DNA of 64,000 bases from Selaginella moellendorffii (GCF_000143415.4 NW_003314416.1:191332-255331), one strand, 5' to 3'; numbered from the stretch's first letter, positions 36,801 to 51,099 are shown. Numbers and translations are program-made. Notes: a model not told the origin generated them from the letters alone.

Positions 36801-37974
36801 TTGACGACTCCTCCGGTTTTGGCATATCCTGACTACACTCGACCTTTTATTTTGCACGTGGATGCTTCTGACATTGGTCTTGGAGGTGTGTTGATGCAAG
36901 AGAGCTCGAGTGTGCTTGGTCAGCGCCATCCTATTGCTAGCGCCTCTGCAACTGCTTTTGGCTACTTCCTCCTCAATCGAGTGGTGTTCCAGCATTGTTG
37001 TCCAGAGCGGATTCTTTCGGATAACGGTCCCGCATTTATGGCTGAGGTATTTCATGTTTTGACGTCTCAGTTGGGGATACGCCACACTTTCACGAGTGCT
37101 TATCATCCACAATCAGATGGTCTGGTGGAGCGGCTTGTTCGGACATTCAAAGGGATGATTACGAAGTATGTGAACTTTCAGCATTCGAATTGGGTTATTT
37201 GCCGTCTCTTTGGTATGCATATGTCACAGGGGTGCAAAGTTCTTTTGGTGCTTCACCATATAAACTCCTATATGGTCATGATCCAATATTACCAACGAAG
37301 CTGGGTTTACCTTCACGATTGCCGCGAGCTGCCGATGCTAGGTCGTCGGATCAATATTTGACAAGCATTCTTCCACTTGTCCGAGCAGAGTCTGCCGAAC
37401 ACTTACGCCGCGTACAAGTAGGACAACAACGGCGCTACAACTCTCATCATCGTCCACCTATGGAGTACAAAGTGGATGATTTTGTGTTAGTCCGTTTTCC
37501 CTATTTTACGATACGTGGTTTATCTAAGGGACTTCTTGCGCAGTGGAAAGGACCGTATCAGGTGTTGCGGCAAGTTGGATCACAAGTTTATGAGGTTCAG
37601 CATGACGTTCAGCAGGCCGATCCTCCAGAGATTGTGCATGTGCAGCGGCTGAAACGCTTCGTACAAAGGGATCAACAGGAATTAATACCACCTACAGATC
37701 CACCGATGCCTCCTCCTGATGTTCCTCCAGATCCCAGCCCATCTACAAGAGAACCCTGATGGTCTTCCATTATTCCGAGAGGAGGGGATGATGTGAGGGC
37801 CAAGTGTACGGCTATGATGCCGTATATTAATATTAGCGTAGTGGGATTTTGGTAACCATCGGATTGGTTTCAATCTGGACCACATTGGCTTCAATCCGGA
37901 CCACTCGCTCCTGTATATAAGCTAATTGATATGCACATTTTCTGTATTCCCTTTCCATATTCCATGCACTCACA
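33897..37974 (+). mobile_element. Small Ty3/gypsy element with an internal RH-INT deletion
   Basis: LTRs 33897-~34087 and 37792-37974; TSD ATAT; PBS TGGTGGAGGTGAGGGG (tRNA-Ala-like). Contains gag 34363-35142 (CWACDEVGHTYRRC), PR (VLVDTG, LILGMDWL), RT (FIDD), partial RH and partial INT. Confidence 0.9.
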
Positions 37975-39263
37975 ATATAAAATATATTATTGTTTAATAA
38001 CACAAGTATTTATCACAATATTCATAAAACCAATATTTACAACTATGATTTATATTAATTTTAATATGAGTATTGTTGAAAACTCTTCTCTTGTAGAGTA
38101 AATATGCACGAGTAGATATTTATATCATCAATAATTTCTCCAAATATAAAAAATAAATTAGTTTATTATAATTAGTAATTTATATTTGAAAATAATAGCA
38201 CTATTTTATTTTATTTTTTGCTTCAAATACTCCACTATCTGGTTTTTAACTGAAAAAATCTATACTCTAATTTTTTTTTGCTATAATATAATTTAATTCT
38301 CAATAATTGTTTTTAATAAATTTGTCATCTTGTGTGTTATATTGCCACTATCTACATCCTTTAGAGTTAAGAATTGTTTTTTCTAAACAACATACTTTGT
38401 CCAAAAGTTTCAAATACACACCTTTAAGAGTATGATTTGATTTCTTTTGTGAAAAATATTTTTATACATATATTTCAAGAAGATGGGAGTATGTTGATAT
38501 TGTAAGCTGACTTAAGATATATAACAAAAACATCTAATTTTTTATAAACCTTGACCTAAAATATAAGAATAAAAAAAATAATTAGATTATGATACTCTAG
38601 AAATAAATATAGAAAGAATCATGATGAAATTTTTTGAAAGATTTCCTTCATAGTGGGTTTATTGTTCTTCTGCTTTGTATAGAAGCCATAATTGAGTTTT
38701 TCTTTAATGGAATTCTTGTTAATCAAAGCATATCACTGTTGATTACAATTAATTACACAACACTACCAGTAAATCAATCTAGTAATATATGTTAGCAATT
38801 AACATAAAAAATAACATTATTATATTCTTAATAAGATTTAAAGTTGTTAAAGTTTTAAAAAAAATATTTTACTTCATTATTCTCTTGTATTATAAATTAG
38901 ATTGTTCAAACCTCGCTTTTATAGTACATAAAACTAAATTTTTTATAAAATTAAATAATTAGATCTAACATACTACTATATATATGAATATTTAAAATAT
39001 ATTTTATATTGCAAGAACCACTGCTTCCTTCCTGTAAGAAATTTTTTGCTTTATTAAATACTATAGAATACCATATCTACATAAAATATAAAAACTATTT
39101 TTAAAGAAAATTATTAAAAAAGAAACATATTTTAAGTTGGATTCATATCAGTTATAAGATGGATGTTGTAGAAAATGCTAATCTTGAAGACTAAAATTGA
39201 TTTGGAAAATTATTCTTACTTATAAAGATACTATGAAATAAGGATATTTTATTATATCTTCCT
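37975..39263. other. Extremely AT-rich non-coding tract
   Basis: Long A/T runs, no ORFs, abrupt composition change. The 33865-33896 spacer has the same character. Confidence 0.7.
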
Positions 39264-39309
39264 TTGGATGGAGCTTCGCTTTCTTCAACTTCTTTGATTC
39301 CTCTTACAG

Positions 39310-40237
39310 GTGGTTATGGAGTTGGGAGGCCGTGCATAGTGGAACATCTTGTTCCAGACTTGGAAGGTACAATCATTAAGTTGGTCCACAAGGGATTCTA
39401 TCAAAGCGGCCAGTCATGCATTCACATGCAGCGTTTTTATGTGAAAGGTGAGGTATTTGACACTTGTCTTTAAATTCTATCATATTCTTTGTTCTCAAAT
39501 CGAGCTTTGATCTAACGTATTTGGTGCTGGTTGTGTAGGTGAAGGATGCATTGATCACTGCTGTTAAGAAACTCAAAGGTGGAGATCCTCGCCAAGACGA
39601 CACGTCAATTGGGCCCATGATATCCGAGTCATCGGCAGCTACAGTGGAGAAGAGTGTGAATGAGGCAGTGAAGGCAGGCACCAAACTTTTAGTTGGTGGT
39701 AAGAGAAGGGGAGCTTTCATAGAGCCAACAATCCTGGAAGACGCTCCCTTTGACACAGACACAAGGAAGGAAGAGATTTTCGATCTCATGATCCTTCTCT
39801 ACTCATACAGGTAAGCTCTAAAAGTTTCTTAGCTCCCAAAGTTCTTCTTTACTTCCTTTTTATTTATCTAAACTAAAACGGTGGTGACGCAGTGATTTCA
39901 AGGAAGCCGTGAAGGAAGCTAACAACACGCATTACGGTCTCCAAGCCAGCGTCTTTACGCATAACCTAAACAAGGCCTTCTATGTGTTTGAGCACATATA
40001 GGTAGCTTTGCATTTGAGATATAGAAAGTATTGATCGATTGTTTGATTATTATTTGATCCTCACAGGCTGGAGGAGTTTGCCTCAACGATTCGCCAAGAA
40101 TGTGTGGTGATAGCCAGCCATACGGTGGGATCAAAGTCTCTGGAATCCAATAAGAGGGTGTCAAGTACGTGATGGACGACATGCTTGAAACCAAAGTTTT
40201 AGTCATGTGCAATGTAGTCAATGTGTCCTACTTTTGA
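39310..40237 (+). pseudogene. ALDH21: Aldehyde dehydrogenase family 21 (NADP-SSADH-like), 3' half, disrupted
   Basis: Exons encode VVMELGG (frameshift), FYQSGQSCIHMQR (catalytic Cys), GPMISES, EEIF, SDFKEAVKEANNTHYGLQ and QPYGGIK..GIQ*EGVKY.MDDMLETKVLVM. Short introns, in-frame stops, 5' half missing. Confidence 0.82.
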
Positions 40238-40799
40238 TCAAGCTCAAGCTCGAGCTTTCAAGAGTAAATACAGTCTATTGACAAATCATTGCTGAGTTGT
40301 CCTCTGTATTTATAATTATCCCACTCGCTGGTGCTAGAGCGCGAGTGGGCACACAGATTGCCACGTGGGATTCATCTTCTCCCATGGGAAAAACCACAAA
40401 AGCAGGCACTCAGGACATGGAAAAATGTACTTGGCCACAGGGGCAAGTTGCACGCACCGCCCCAGTCACTCCCATACACCCAAGAGTGAAAGGGGGCCCA
40501 TGGTCCATGAGATATGGCAATGGGAATGGCACAAAATCCATTGCAATGGTGCAAGATGGTGGAGCAATGAAATCGGGATCTGTTTCTGTGGAAACGGGTG
40601 GATTCATGCAAGCTTTCCAACGGTTCAAATCCCATTGCGAACCAAGCTACTGATGCTGCCCACTTGCACAAAAACCCCATGTCAAACCCATCGTAATGGT
40701 GCGGGCCGGTGGAGGAGCAAAATCCAGATTTGTTTCTATGGAAACGGGTGGATTCACACAAGCTTTCTAACGGTTCAAGTCCCATTGCAAACTAAGTCA

Positions 40800-43700
40800 T
40801 GGATCTTGCCCACTCGCGCAAAACCCATATCCAGACCCTAGCCCTAGCCACGTGTCACAGGAACTGCCAGTCAAACTCATCCTCACTGGTCAACCACCCC
40901 ACCGCACCAATGGCCATGATTGCCCCGTTTAACCCCCACTTAATCGCACTAAGCGCACCCCATAATCGCCCTTTGCTAGTTAAACCCCCTCCCATAAACC
41001 CAATAAATTAACCAACATGAAAAACGTAACAAAGAGGTGGTAGAGGCCTAGTGGCAGAGACCCCCAATGTAAAAACAGGTCCACACAAATAGGTCCCTAG
41101 GTCGATGAAACATGTATGTACATTCCCCAATGTCCCGTAGGGACTAATACAAAAACCAGGCATGCTGCCCGAAGCTCATGCTACCTAGTGAAGATCTACC
41201 TCATTTGAAGTGAGACTAGTCCTACAGTAGAAGTGACTGCGGTCGCCTCTGTCGTATCGTGTCCAGATCCAAGTGCCCCCTTCGTGCTGACTGCAAGATC
41301 GACTCCGGGGGGCACCATCTCCAACGAACCTTATTGTGGTCTCCTTCACCAAAACATGGTAGCCATGCTTTCTGCCACTCCTCAAGCCTCTCGAGCTTCC
41401 CCCTGTCTTGGAGGATAGCATAGTGAAGCTATACTGCTGCCAATGTAAGTCTGCACCACTCTACCAGTACCTATGATACTTTGACTTGTGTCCTGTCAAA
41501 GTGTGCCTGGTTACGTGCTTCCCAAAGGGCCTGAACTCCCGTCGCACGCCATACCACCCATCGAGCATGGCCAAGTGCCTCCCACATGGGGACTCCTATC
41601 TCTGCCCCAGTCAAGTCCCAACGGACCCAAATCCCCCAGCCGTGTTGTCCTCTGCACCTGATGTGTAGCAAGGCTGGGCCCTGGGCAGGACCCCTTGCTC
41701 CCTCGAACAAGTGGAGCACACCCCCACTGCGGGCCTCAAAATCTTGTGTAACGCCCAGCTCCTTCCCTGCCTTAATGATCTGGCGCCACACCTCCTTTGC
41801 AGTGTCGCACTCCCACAGCGCATGCTTGACTGTCTCGATTTCACCACACTCCCTGCACCTATGACTCGCATCATCCTGGAATCGCTGTCCAACTGGGAGC
41901 CCATTGTTCGCTACCAACCACGAGGTGACTTTCACTTTTTCCTGCACGAGCAGCTTCCAAAAGTGAATCGTGTTATCCACCACCTGCTCCGCATCCACCC
42001 CCTGTGCTATCCACTTCTACCACAGCTTTGGAATCTCCTCTCTTGCCTCCTCTCGTGATGTCAATAGTCCATTACACACTTCCTTGACCTCATAGGAGAA
42101 AAAGCTTCCCATCCCTCGTCACCATGCGGCAGGGTCCCAATCCAGATCTTCAAGTAGCTGTTGTTGCCACCATATTAGTGATCCATTGCCCTCCAATAGG
42201 TCTTCCGATTCCACCATGTCCAGCGTCTTGGGTGACTGCCTAAGCACACAAATCCCCCCATGTACCTCATCGTCCATGACGTCTGGCATCACTTGTCTCT
42301 CACCCATCGGGAGAAGTGTATCTCCTCTTGTGACGTGAAAAGGCCGTCCTATGTTGTGCTCTGGTGCAGCAACGAACCACACCTCAATGTCCCCTTCTTC
42401 CCATGCTGGTATAGGTGCAGTGAATGCTCAAGTCCACGTCCCCAACGGATGCTGCACTGCATCGTGCTCCTCCCACTCTGTTTGCCGCTGGATCGCCACA
42501 AATTCCCCTGCTTTAAGGCATCTTCTTGGCCACTTCATCCCTGCTTTTGTGTCGTTCACCACTCGAGGGAGGATGTTGCGTCACTTCCAATGTCCAAACA
42601 CTTGAGTCCTTCTCGCTGTTCACCACCAATCCCTATCAATCACTCCCGCCTGTTGTTTCATGGTCTGGAAGCCGTTTGCATGCATTTTCCTCCAGATTGT
42701 GTGGTGTGTCTCTCGTCCCAGTGTCCCACCTCCCACTTTGAATAGTGCATTGAAAAACAGAGGCTGGTTAAGCCACTCCTCGGCCCTCGTCGGTGGTGTT
42801 TGCTCCAGCAGAAAGGCTCTCCATAGTCGGTGAAGGCTCTGGATGAACTTGCTCTCTTTCACTACCTGAGTCAGTTCTTCTGTGAAGAGCCACCGTGGGT
42901 CCTCCTCCCATGGTTGGCGAATCGCTAGGAGGCTCTGCCGGAACATAGGTTGCCACGGCTGTCTCCTCTGTTGCAAGCCCATGAGAAAAATCTTGTACCT
43001 CATCACCTTTGCCATGTTGCTGGGGTCAATGATCCCAAGCCCCCATAGGATGCACAGCCTTGCTATAGACTGCCACACCACCTTGACCATTGTTCGCTCT
43101 GTAGCCAATGCTCCATGCCATACGTAGGTTTGCACCATCTGTCTCACCTTCTGCAGTGTAGTTTCCAGCACCGGCCAAATCGAGAGCTGGTACCAGATGC
43201 TGGGGAGGATCATGCTCTTGACTACTATGATCCGAGCTGGGAGTCCGAGTTTCCTCGGTGCCCATTTTTGAACTGCAGTCCGGATCCTCCTAGGCAGCAT
43301 ATCGTCCTATGTAGCCACACTGTACTGGACCCCAACCTAGATGCTGAGGTACCGAGTGACTTCGCCAGGGCAAATCCACTGAAAGCCTATCTCCTGTCCC
43401 CAGGCCTCGATGCCTGGCTTTCCCTAGTTCACTCCTACTGACTTGTTCTAGTTTATGGCTGCTCCCGCTGCCATGTTGAAGATCTCCAGCTTGGACCTTG
43501 CTGCGTCCAGGTTCCCAAGGGTGGCGAGCAGGAAGAGTGCGGTGTCATTTGCAAATGCCCCATCTTGTAGCTCTTGCGTCAGGACTTGAGTTCCTGGGAG
43601 TTGTAGCCATTCAGAGGGCAGCACTAGGCCTTTTATATCCCCTCCATCCGCGAGGAAAGAGCCCAGCATCTCTGCTACTATCAGAAACAGGTAGGGGGGG

Positions 43701-44515
43701 AGTGGACATCCTTGCCTTACTGAGCGTCCTAAGTGGAAGGTCAGGCCTTTCTCTCCATTTAGTGTGACCCGGCTTGCTGCTCCCCTGTACAAAAGTGAGA
43801 TACGCGAGATAGTCCTTGCCGGGATCCCTATCCTCCACATGCAATCCTCCAAGAAGTCCCAATCGACTTGAACGTAGGCCTTCTCAAAGTCTAGTAGCCA
43901 CGCTGCAATCTGTTGATTTGAGACGTTTGCCCACCGTTGTGCAAGGAGGCACATCCATATGTTTTCTGCGATCTGTCGTCCTGACACGAATCCAGTCTGT
44001 TGTTCTCTGATGATGAGGGGCATGAGTGGCTGTAGCTTGAGTGCCATCGCCTTTGCGTATATCTTGTACGATGTGTTGAGCATGGTTATGGGGTGCTAGT
44101 TCCTGAGTTCCTGGAGGTCTCCCCGTTTTGGAATCAATGCAATTTGTCCCTCCAGTATCTCTCTCGGTAGCACCCCTGTTTGTTGTGCGTCTCGCCATGT
44201 CTCTAGGAGCATAAGGCCAACGTCATCCCAATACTCCTCATAGAATGCTGGAAGGAGGCCGTCCATACCTGACACCTTGTCATCGTTCAGCTATTCCATG
44301 GCTCGGTGGAGGTCTTCCAATGAAAAGTCGGCCACCAGCATCTCCAGGTACTCATCGGGCACTCTACGTGGAAGAGAGGATAGCACTCTGCTTGCAGCGT
44401 CTCTCCTATCCTGGGACCAGGGCTTGGCGGTGTACAGCTTCTGGTAGAACCTCTGTGCCAGCCCCTGCATTCCCTGTTGGTCCTTGACCACTTCTCCATT
44501 GTCCTTCCTCAGTCC
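40800..44515 (-). mobile_element. Degenerate L1/Tx1-like LINE, 3' part (RT, zf-RVT, 3' UTR); left boundary approximate
   Basis: 43448-44083 RT (DFEKAY, RQGCPL). 41471-41998 CRECGEIETVKHALWEC. Homologous to 4879-8390. Confidence 0.85.
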
Positions 44516-46231
44516 TGTGAGACATAAAATCCCTAGGCCCCAAAGTGGAGCCAAAAGAGTGCCATGTGGTAGTGGCTGAAGCAAAAGCCAAATGAGCGTA
44601 ATATGTTTGGACCAAAAGCTCTAACTGGAAAAGTCGAGAGCGGGAGTAGAACTCCCAACAAAGTGCTCGAGGAACAAGCACGAGGTGAGCCATGAGTGAG
44701 TTTCTAGAAAAGGGGACACAAGAGGACCAAAACATGACACGTGGAAGTGTCCGAGAAGGAGTTTGAGATGGAGTCTGAGATGGACCCGAGATGCAGTCCA
44801 AGAGGGACTCGAGATGCAGTCCAAGAGGGACTCGAAATGGAGTCTGAGATGGACCCAAGATGGAGTCCGAGATGGACCCGAGATGGAGTCTGAGATGGAG
44901 ACGAGATGGAGTCCGAGATGGAGTCCGAGATGGACCCGAGATGGAGTCCGAGATGGAGTCTGAGATGAACCCGAGATGGAGTCCAAGATGGACCCGAGAT
45001 GGAGTCTGAGATGGAGTCCGAGATGGAGTCCGAGATGGAGTCCAAGGTGGAACCGAGACCGAGACTGAGACCGAGTCCGAGTCCAAAACCAGGACCGAGA
45101 CCAAGTCCGAGTTCGAGTCTGAATACTAATACAGGCTGTTGGGTGAAAGCCCAAAGCGATTGTCCCCCATTTTGGCCAGGAAAGGCCAGGTTGGCCTAGG
45201 AAAGCCATACCTAGTGTTGGGTGATGAGTTGACCACTAGGAAATCCAAGATTAGAGTGAATATGGACCGACAAGCAGTGTAGCTTGGTGAAGTGTTCAAA
45301 AGCCGGCTCCAGTTCCCCCGGAAGATCGAATGGTCAATGCTCCTAATTCAAGTGTGGGTGGCACTACCTACTTGGATACCTGGCGTAGCTCAACAGAACC
45401 TCGCTCTAAGCCCATGGCTAGAGCACCTAAAGGTGGAAGGCGGGGAGAGTACCTATGAGGCTCATGTAGGGCCACGGTGTTCCGAAATGTTGTCTCAAAG
45501 GCCAAAACTTTGGAAAGGAGGAACAGTAGTCCTTTGGTGTAGTGACCAAGGATATAGTCGTATGGTGAGGAAGTCCCAGAGGACTGTGGGACTTAGTGGT
45601 TGGGCCTGTTGGCCTTGATCCAGTGGCAGTGTTGGCGAATATGGCCACGAGCAGAAAAGGGCTTGGTGAGGACCGGAAAAGGAATATTGGGAAAGGCTAT
45701 TCCCCATGTCTGTGGGCATCCTAAAGATGCTAAGGAGTGGATCTGGGATGATCACTCATGGACGAATGGCCTAGTCATTGAGAGATGGGACTATGATGTA
45801 GGTGGTGTCAGACCACCGGTATGACCAAGGTGAATGGGCATGGCCTTAGCATAACGGGCTGATATGTCAGTAATACCTTGGGGTGTCGGTCATGGGATCA
45901 GACACGTGGAGCACTTGGACCAAGTGCAATAGTTGAGTGGCATGGATGCCTTTCTTGGGGCTAGCAAGTCCCTAAGTCCAAAATAGGACTTACGGAGGTT
46001 GTGAGTGAGACTCCTCCAAATGGTCGGAGGTGTGGTTAAGTGACTAAAGTAGAATGGAAAATTTAGTCGCTCACAACTTGGTATCGGAGCTGTTTCGTAG
46101 TTTGATTTTTATTGGTGCTCAAGTATATCACCATTGATGTTGGCATCGGAAGGTCCTAGGAGTGGGCCTATCCTTGAGGAGTGGTATGTCGAGAGGATAT
46201 GGCTCTCTACTCAAGTTCATGCGTCAACTTG
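44516..46231 (+). mobile_element. Older truncated copy of the minisatellite-LTR family (LTR 44516-46075, PBS, ~150 bp interior)
   Basis: TGTGAGAC...GCTCACA followed by TGGTATCGGAGC; diverged from 21063-23000. Confidence 0.88.
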
Positions 46232-47279
46232 GGCTATGGATGCTGCCCACTCGCGCAAAACCCATCTCCAGACCCTAGCCCTAGCCATGTGTCACAGGGA
46301 CTGCCGGTCAAACTCATCCCCACTGGTCAACCACCCCACCGCACCAACAGCCGCGATTGCCTTGCTTAAACCCCACTTAATCGCACTAAGCGCACCCCAT
46401 AATCGCCCTTTGGTAGTCAAACCCTCTCCCATAAACCCAATAAATTTAACCGACACGAAAAATGTAATAGAGAGGTGGTAGAGGCCTAGTGGCAGAGAAC
46501 CCCAATGTAAAAACAAGTCCACACAAATAGGTCCCTGGGTCATATGTACATTTCTACAAGTCCCTTAGGGACTGATACAAAAAACATGACACCCTTCGCA
46601 CTGTTCACTCAACTACGCTGTCTTGCAATTCTCCACCTAATAGTGACCATTGCCCTCCAGCTCCCCTGTAGAGAGCTGGGATCCCTATCCTCTGCATGCA
46701 ATCCTCCAAGAAGTCCCAATCAACTCAATCGTAGGCCTTCTCAAAGTCTAGTAGCCACGCTACAATCTGTTGATTTGAGACATTTGCCCACCTCTATGCC
46801 AGGAGGTACGTCCATATGTTTTCTGCGATCTGTCGTCCCGACACGAATCCAATCTGCTGTTCTTTGATGATGATGGGCATGACTGGTTGCAGCTTTTGTG
46901 CCATCGCCTTTGCGTATATCTTGTACAATGTGTTGAGCATGGTTATGGGGTGCCAATTCCTGAGTTCCTGGAGGTCACCCCATTTCGGAATCAATGCGAT
47001 TTGTCCCTCTAGTATCTCCCTTGGCAGCACCCCTGTTTGCTATGCATCTCGCCATGTCTCCAGGATCATTAGGCCAACATTGTCCCAATACTCCTCATAG
47101 AATGCCGGAAGGAGGCCGTCCATACCTGGCATCTTGTCATCGTTCAGCTGCTCCCGGGCTCGGTGGAGGTCTTCCAATGAAAAGTCGGCCACCAACATCT
47201 CCAGGTACTCATCGGGAACTCTGCGTGGAAGAGTGGACAGCACTCTGCTTGCGGCGTCTCTCCTATCCAGGGACCAGGG
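46232..47279 (-). mobile_element. LINE fragments (3' UTR piece plus RT N-terminal piece)
   Basis: 46235-46585 resembles 40800-41155. 46676-47279 resembles 43820-44420. Confidence 0.75.
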
Positions 47280-49055
47280 TGTAAGCGACTAATTTTTCCT
47301 TTTTACTTTAGTCACTTAACTGCACCTCCGACCACTTGGAGGAGTCTCATTCACAACCTCCATAAGTCCCAGTTAGGACTTGGGGCTTGCTAGCCCTGAG
47401 AATGGCATCCATGCCACTCAACCTTTGCACTTGGTCCAAGTGCTCCACGTGTCCGATCCCATGACCGACACCCTAAGGTACCACCGACATACCAGCCGGT
47501 TATGCTAGGCCATGCCCATTCACCTTGGTCACACCGGTGGTCTAACGCCACCTGCATCATAATCCCGTCTCTCAAAGACTGGGCCATCCGTCTATGAGCG
47601 ATCATCCCAGATCTACTCCTTAGCATCCTTAGGATGCCCACAGACATGGGGAATAGCCTTCCCCAACAACTCTTTTCCAGTCCCCACCAAGTCCCTTTTA
47701 GTCTATGGCCGTGTTCGCCAACACTGCCACTGGATCAAGGCCCGCAGGCCGGACCGCTAAGTCCCACTATCCTTTGAGACTTCCTCACCATGTGACCGTA
47801 TCCTTGGTCACTGCATTAGAGGCCTACTCCTCTTCCTTTTCACCGTTTGGGACTTTGGGACAACATTTCAGAACACCGTGGCCTTACGCAAGCCTCATGG
47901 GTACTCTCCCCGCCTTTCGCCTTTAGGTGCTCTAGCCATGGGCTTAGAGCGAGGTTCCATTGAGCCACGACAGGTATCCAAGTAGGTAGTGCCACCCACA
48001 CTTGGACTGGGAGCATTGGCCAGTCGATCTCCCGGGGGAACTAGAGCCGGCTCTTGAACACTTCACCAAGCTACCCCGCTTGTCGGTCCGTGTTCACTCT
48101 AGTCTTGGACTTCCCAGTGGGCAGCTCATCACCCAACACTGGGTCTGGCCTTTCTGGGCCAAACTGGCCTTTCCTGGCCAAATTGGCTCCACTGCAGTCC
48201 TCCCCTTACTATACTTTTGGAGCTCACCAAACCCCCTAGGGTCTGGGACACAAACGCTTTGGGCTTTCACACTCTCAGACTCGAACTCAGACTCGGACTC
48301 GGACTCGGACTGGGAGTCGGGCTCGGGCTCGGTCTCGGCCTCGGCCTCAGCCTCGGTCTCGGTCTCGGTGCCGATCTCGGTCTCGGTCTCGGTCTCGACT
48401 TCGGACTCCATCTCAGGTCAATCTCGGACTCCATCTCGGAATCCATCTTGTGTCCATCTCGGGTCCATCTCGGACTCCATCTCGGGTCCATCTTGGACTC
48501 CATCTCGGGTCCCATCTCGGACTCCATCTCGGACTCCATCTCGGGTCCATCTCGGGTCCACCTCGGACTTCATCTCGGACTCCATCTCGGACTCCATCTC
48601 AGGTCTATCTCGGGTCCACCTCGGACTCCATCTCGGACTCCATCTCGGGTCCATCTCGGATCCACCTCGGACTCCATCTTGGGCTCCATCTCGGACTCCA
48701 TCTCGGGTCCATCTCGGATCCACCTCGGACTCCATCTCGGGCTCCATCTCGGACTCCACTTCGGACTCCAACTCGGGTCCATCTCGGACTCCACTTCGGA
48801 CCCCAATTTGGGTCCATCTCGGACACTTCCACGTGTCATGTGTTGGTCCTTTTGGGTCCCTTTTTGGAGCCTCTCTTATTGCTCGCTTCGTGCTTGTTCC
48901 TTGAGCACTTCGTTGGGAGTTCCTCTCCCGCTCTCAACCTTTCAAGTCGGAGCTTTTAGTCCAAACGTCTTACACTCGTTTGGTTTTCGCTTCGGCCACC
49001 ACCACATGGCACCTTTCCGGGTCCACTTTGGGGCCTAGGGATTTTGTGTCTCACA
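47280..49055 (-). mobile_element. Solo LTR of the minisatellite-LTR family, inverted
   Basis: Reverse complement of the LTR; 5-bp TSD CAGGG at 47275-47279 and 49056-49060. Confidence 0.92.
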
Positions 49056-49071
49056 CAGGGCTAGGCCGTGA

Positions 49072-50647
49072 AGGTCCCTGGGTCGATGAAATGTGTATGT
49101 ACATTCCCCAATGTCCCATAGGGGCTAATACAAAAACCGGGCATGCTGCCCGAAGCTCATGCTACCTAGTGGTGATCTCCCTCATCTAAAGTGAGACTAG
49201 GCCTGCAGTAGAAGCGGCTGTGGTCGTCTCCGTCGTATCACATCCAGATCCACGTCCCCCCTTCGTGCTGACCACAAGATCGACTCCATGGGGCACCATC
49301 TCCAACGAACATCCTTGTGGTCTCCTCTACCAAAACATGGCAGCCATGCTTTCTGCCACTCCTCGAGCCTCTCGAGCTTCCCCCTGTCCCAAAGGATAGC
49401 ATGGTGAAGCCGTATTGCCGCCAGTGTAAGTCTCCACCACTCTGCCAGTACCTGTGATACTCTTACCTGTGTCCCATCGAAATGTGCCCGGTTACGTGCT
49501 TCCCAAAGGGCCGGGACTCCCGTAGCACGCCATATCGCCCATCGAGCATGGCCAAGCGCCTCCCACACGGGGACTCCTACCTCCGCCCCGGTCGTGTCCC
49601 ACGAGACCTGAATCTCCCAGCCGTGTCGTCCTCTGCACCTGATGTGTCGCAGGGCTGGGCCCTGGGCAGGGCCTCTCGCTTCCTCGAACCAGTGGAGCAT
49701 GTCCCCACTGCGGGCCTCGAAATCCTGTGTCACGCCCAGCTCCTTCCCTGCCTTAATAATCTGGCGCCACACCTCCTCTGCAGTGTCACACTCCCACAGC
49801 GCATGCTTGACTGTCTCGAGTTCGCAACACTCCCTGCACCTGCGACTCGTGTTGTCCTGGAATCGCTGTCCAACCGGAAGCCCGTTTTTCGCTACCAACC
49901 ATGAGGTGACTTTCACTTTTTCCTGCATGGGCAACTTCCAGAAGTGAATCGTGTTGTCCACCACTTGCTCCGCGTCGACCCCTTGAGCTATCCACTTCTG
50001 CCACAGCTTTGGAATCTCCTCTCTTGCCTCCTCTCGCGATGTCAGTAGTCCATTCCACGCTTCCTTGACTGCATAGGAGAAAAAGCTTCCCGTCCCTCAT
50101 CACCATGCGGCAGGGTCCCAGTCCAGATCTTCTAGTAGCTGCTGTCGCCACCATATCAGTGATCCATAGCCCTCCAATAGGTCTTCCGAGTCCACCACGT
50201 CCAGCCTCTTGGGTGATTGCCTGAGCACACGAATCCTCCCACGTACCTCATCGTCCATGACATCCGGCATCTCTTGTCTCTCACCCATTGAGAGAAGTGT
50301 GTCTCCTCTTGTGATGCGAAATGGCAGTCCTATGTTGTGCTCTAGTGCGGCGATGAACCAAACCTCAACGTCCCCTTCTTCCCATGCTGGTGTAGGCGTG
50401 GTGAATGCTTGAGTCCACGTCCCCAGCAGACGTCGCACAACATCGTGTTCCTCCCACTTTGTTTGCCGCTAGATTGCCACAAAGTCACCTGCTTGAAGGC
50501 ATCTTCTCGGCCACTTCGTCCCTGCTTTTGTGTTGTTCACCACTCGGAGGAGTCGCAGGATGTTACGTTGCTTCCAAGGTCCAAACACTTGAGTCCTTCT
50601 CACTGTTCGCCACCAATCCCTGTCAATCACTCCCGCCAGTTGCTTCA
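49072..50647 (-). mobile_element. LINE 3' fragment (ORF2 C-terminus, zf-RVT)
   Basis: 49197-49964 CRECCELETVKHALWEC; homologous to 41092-42660; cut by the copy C TIR. Confidence 0.85.
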
Positions 50648-51099
50648 AAGCTCTATTTCGTTAAAGTGGGAATTGTCATTATCCCACTTGTAAAATAAGG
50701 TTTCCAAACCTTTATATAGTATATAAATATAACAAAATTCAACTGCATTGAGGCACATGCCATTTTATTTTAAACAAGGAAATGTCTACTCAATCACTTC
50801 TCCTCCCCCTGCCACTGCTTCACCTCTCTCTTCTCCTTGTCATCGTCGTCCAATTTCTTTCCATCCTTTTAATATTGGCTTAGTTGCTCCGAGTCTAGGT
50901 GGAGCCCAAGTCCCCATTCAATCTTTACTTTCCCCTTATTAATAAAACAACTTTGTAGACTTCCAATAACATGATGTAACATGCTGTAATGTAACATGTA
51001 ATGCTGTAATCCTCTCAAAGAATTGTCTTTTAATATTAATACAATGGCATGGAACCCCATGCCATAATAAGTTACATTTTTAAATAAATACATGCCATC

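Noticed and set aside
40320-40349. Helitron 3' hairpin (CCCACTCGC...GCGAGTGGG) after the ALDH fragment
   Set aside because: No CTRR terminus at the expected distance and no 5' TC end identified.
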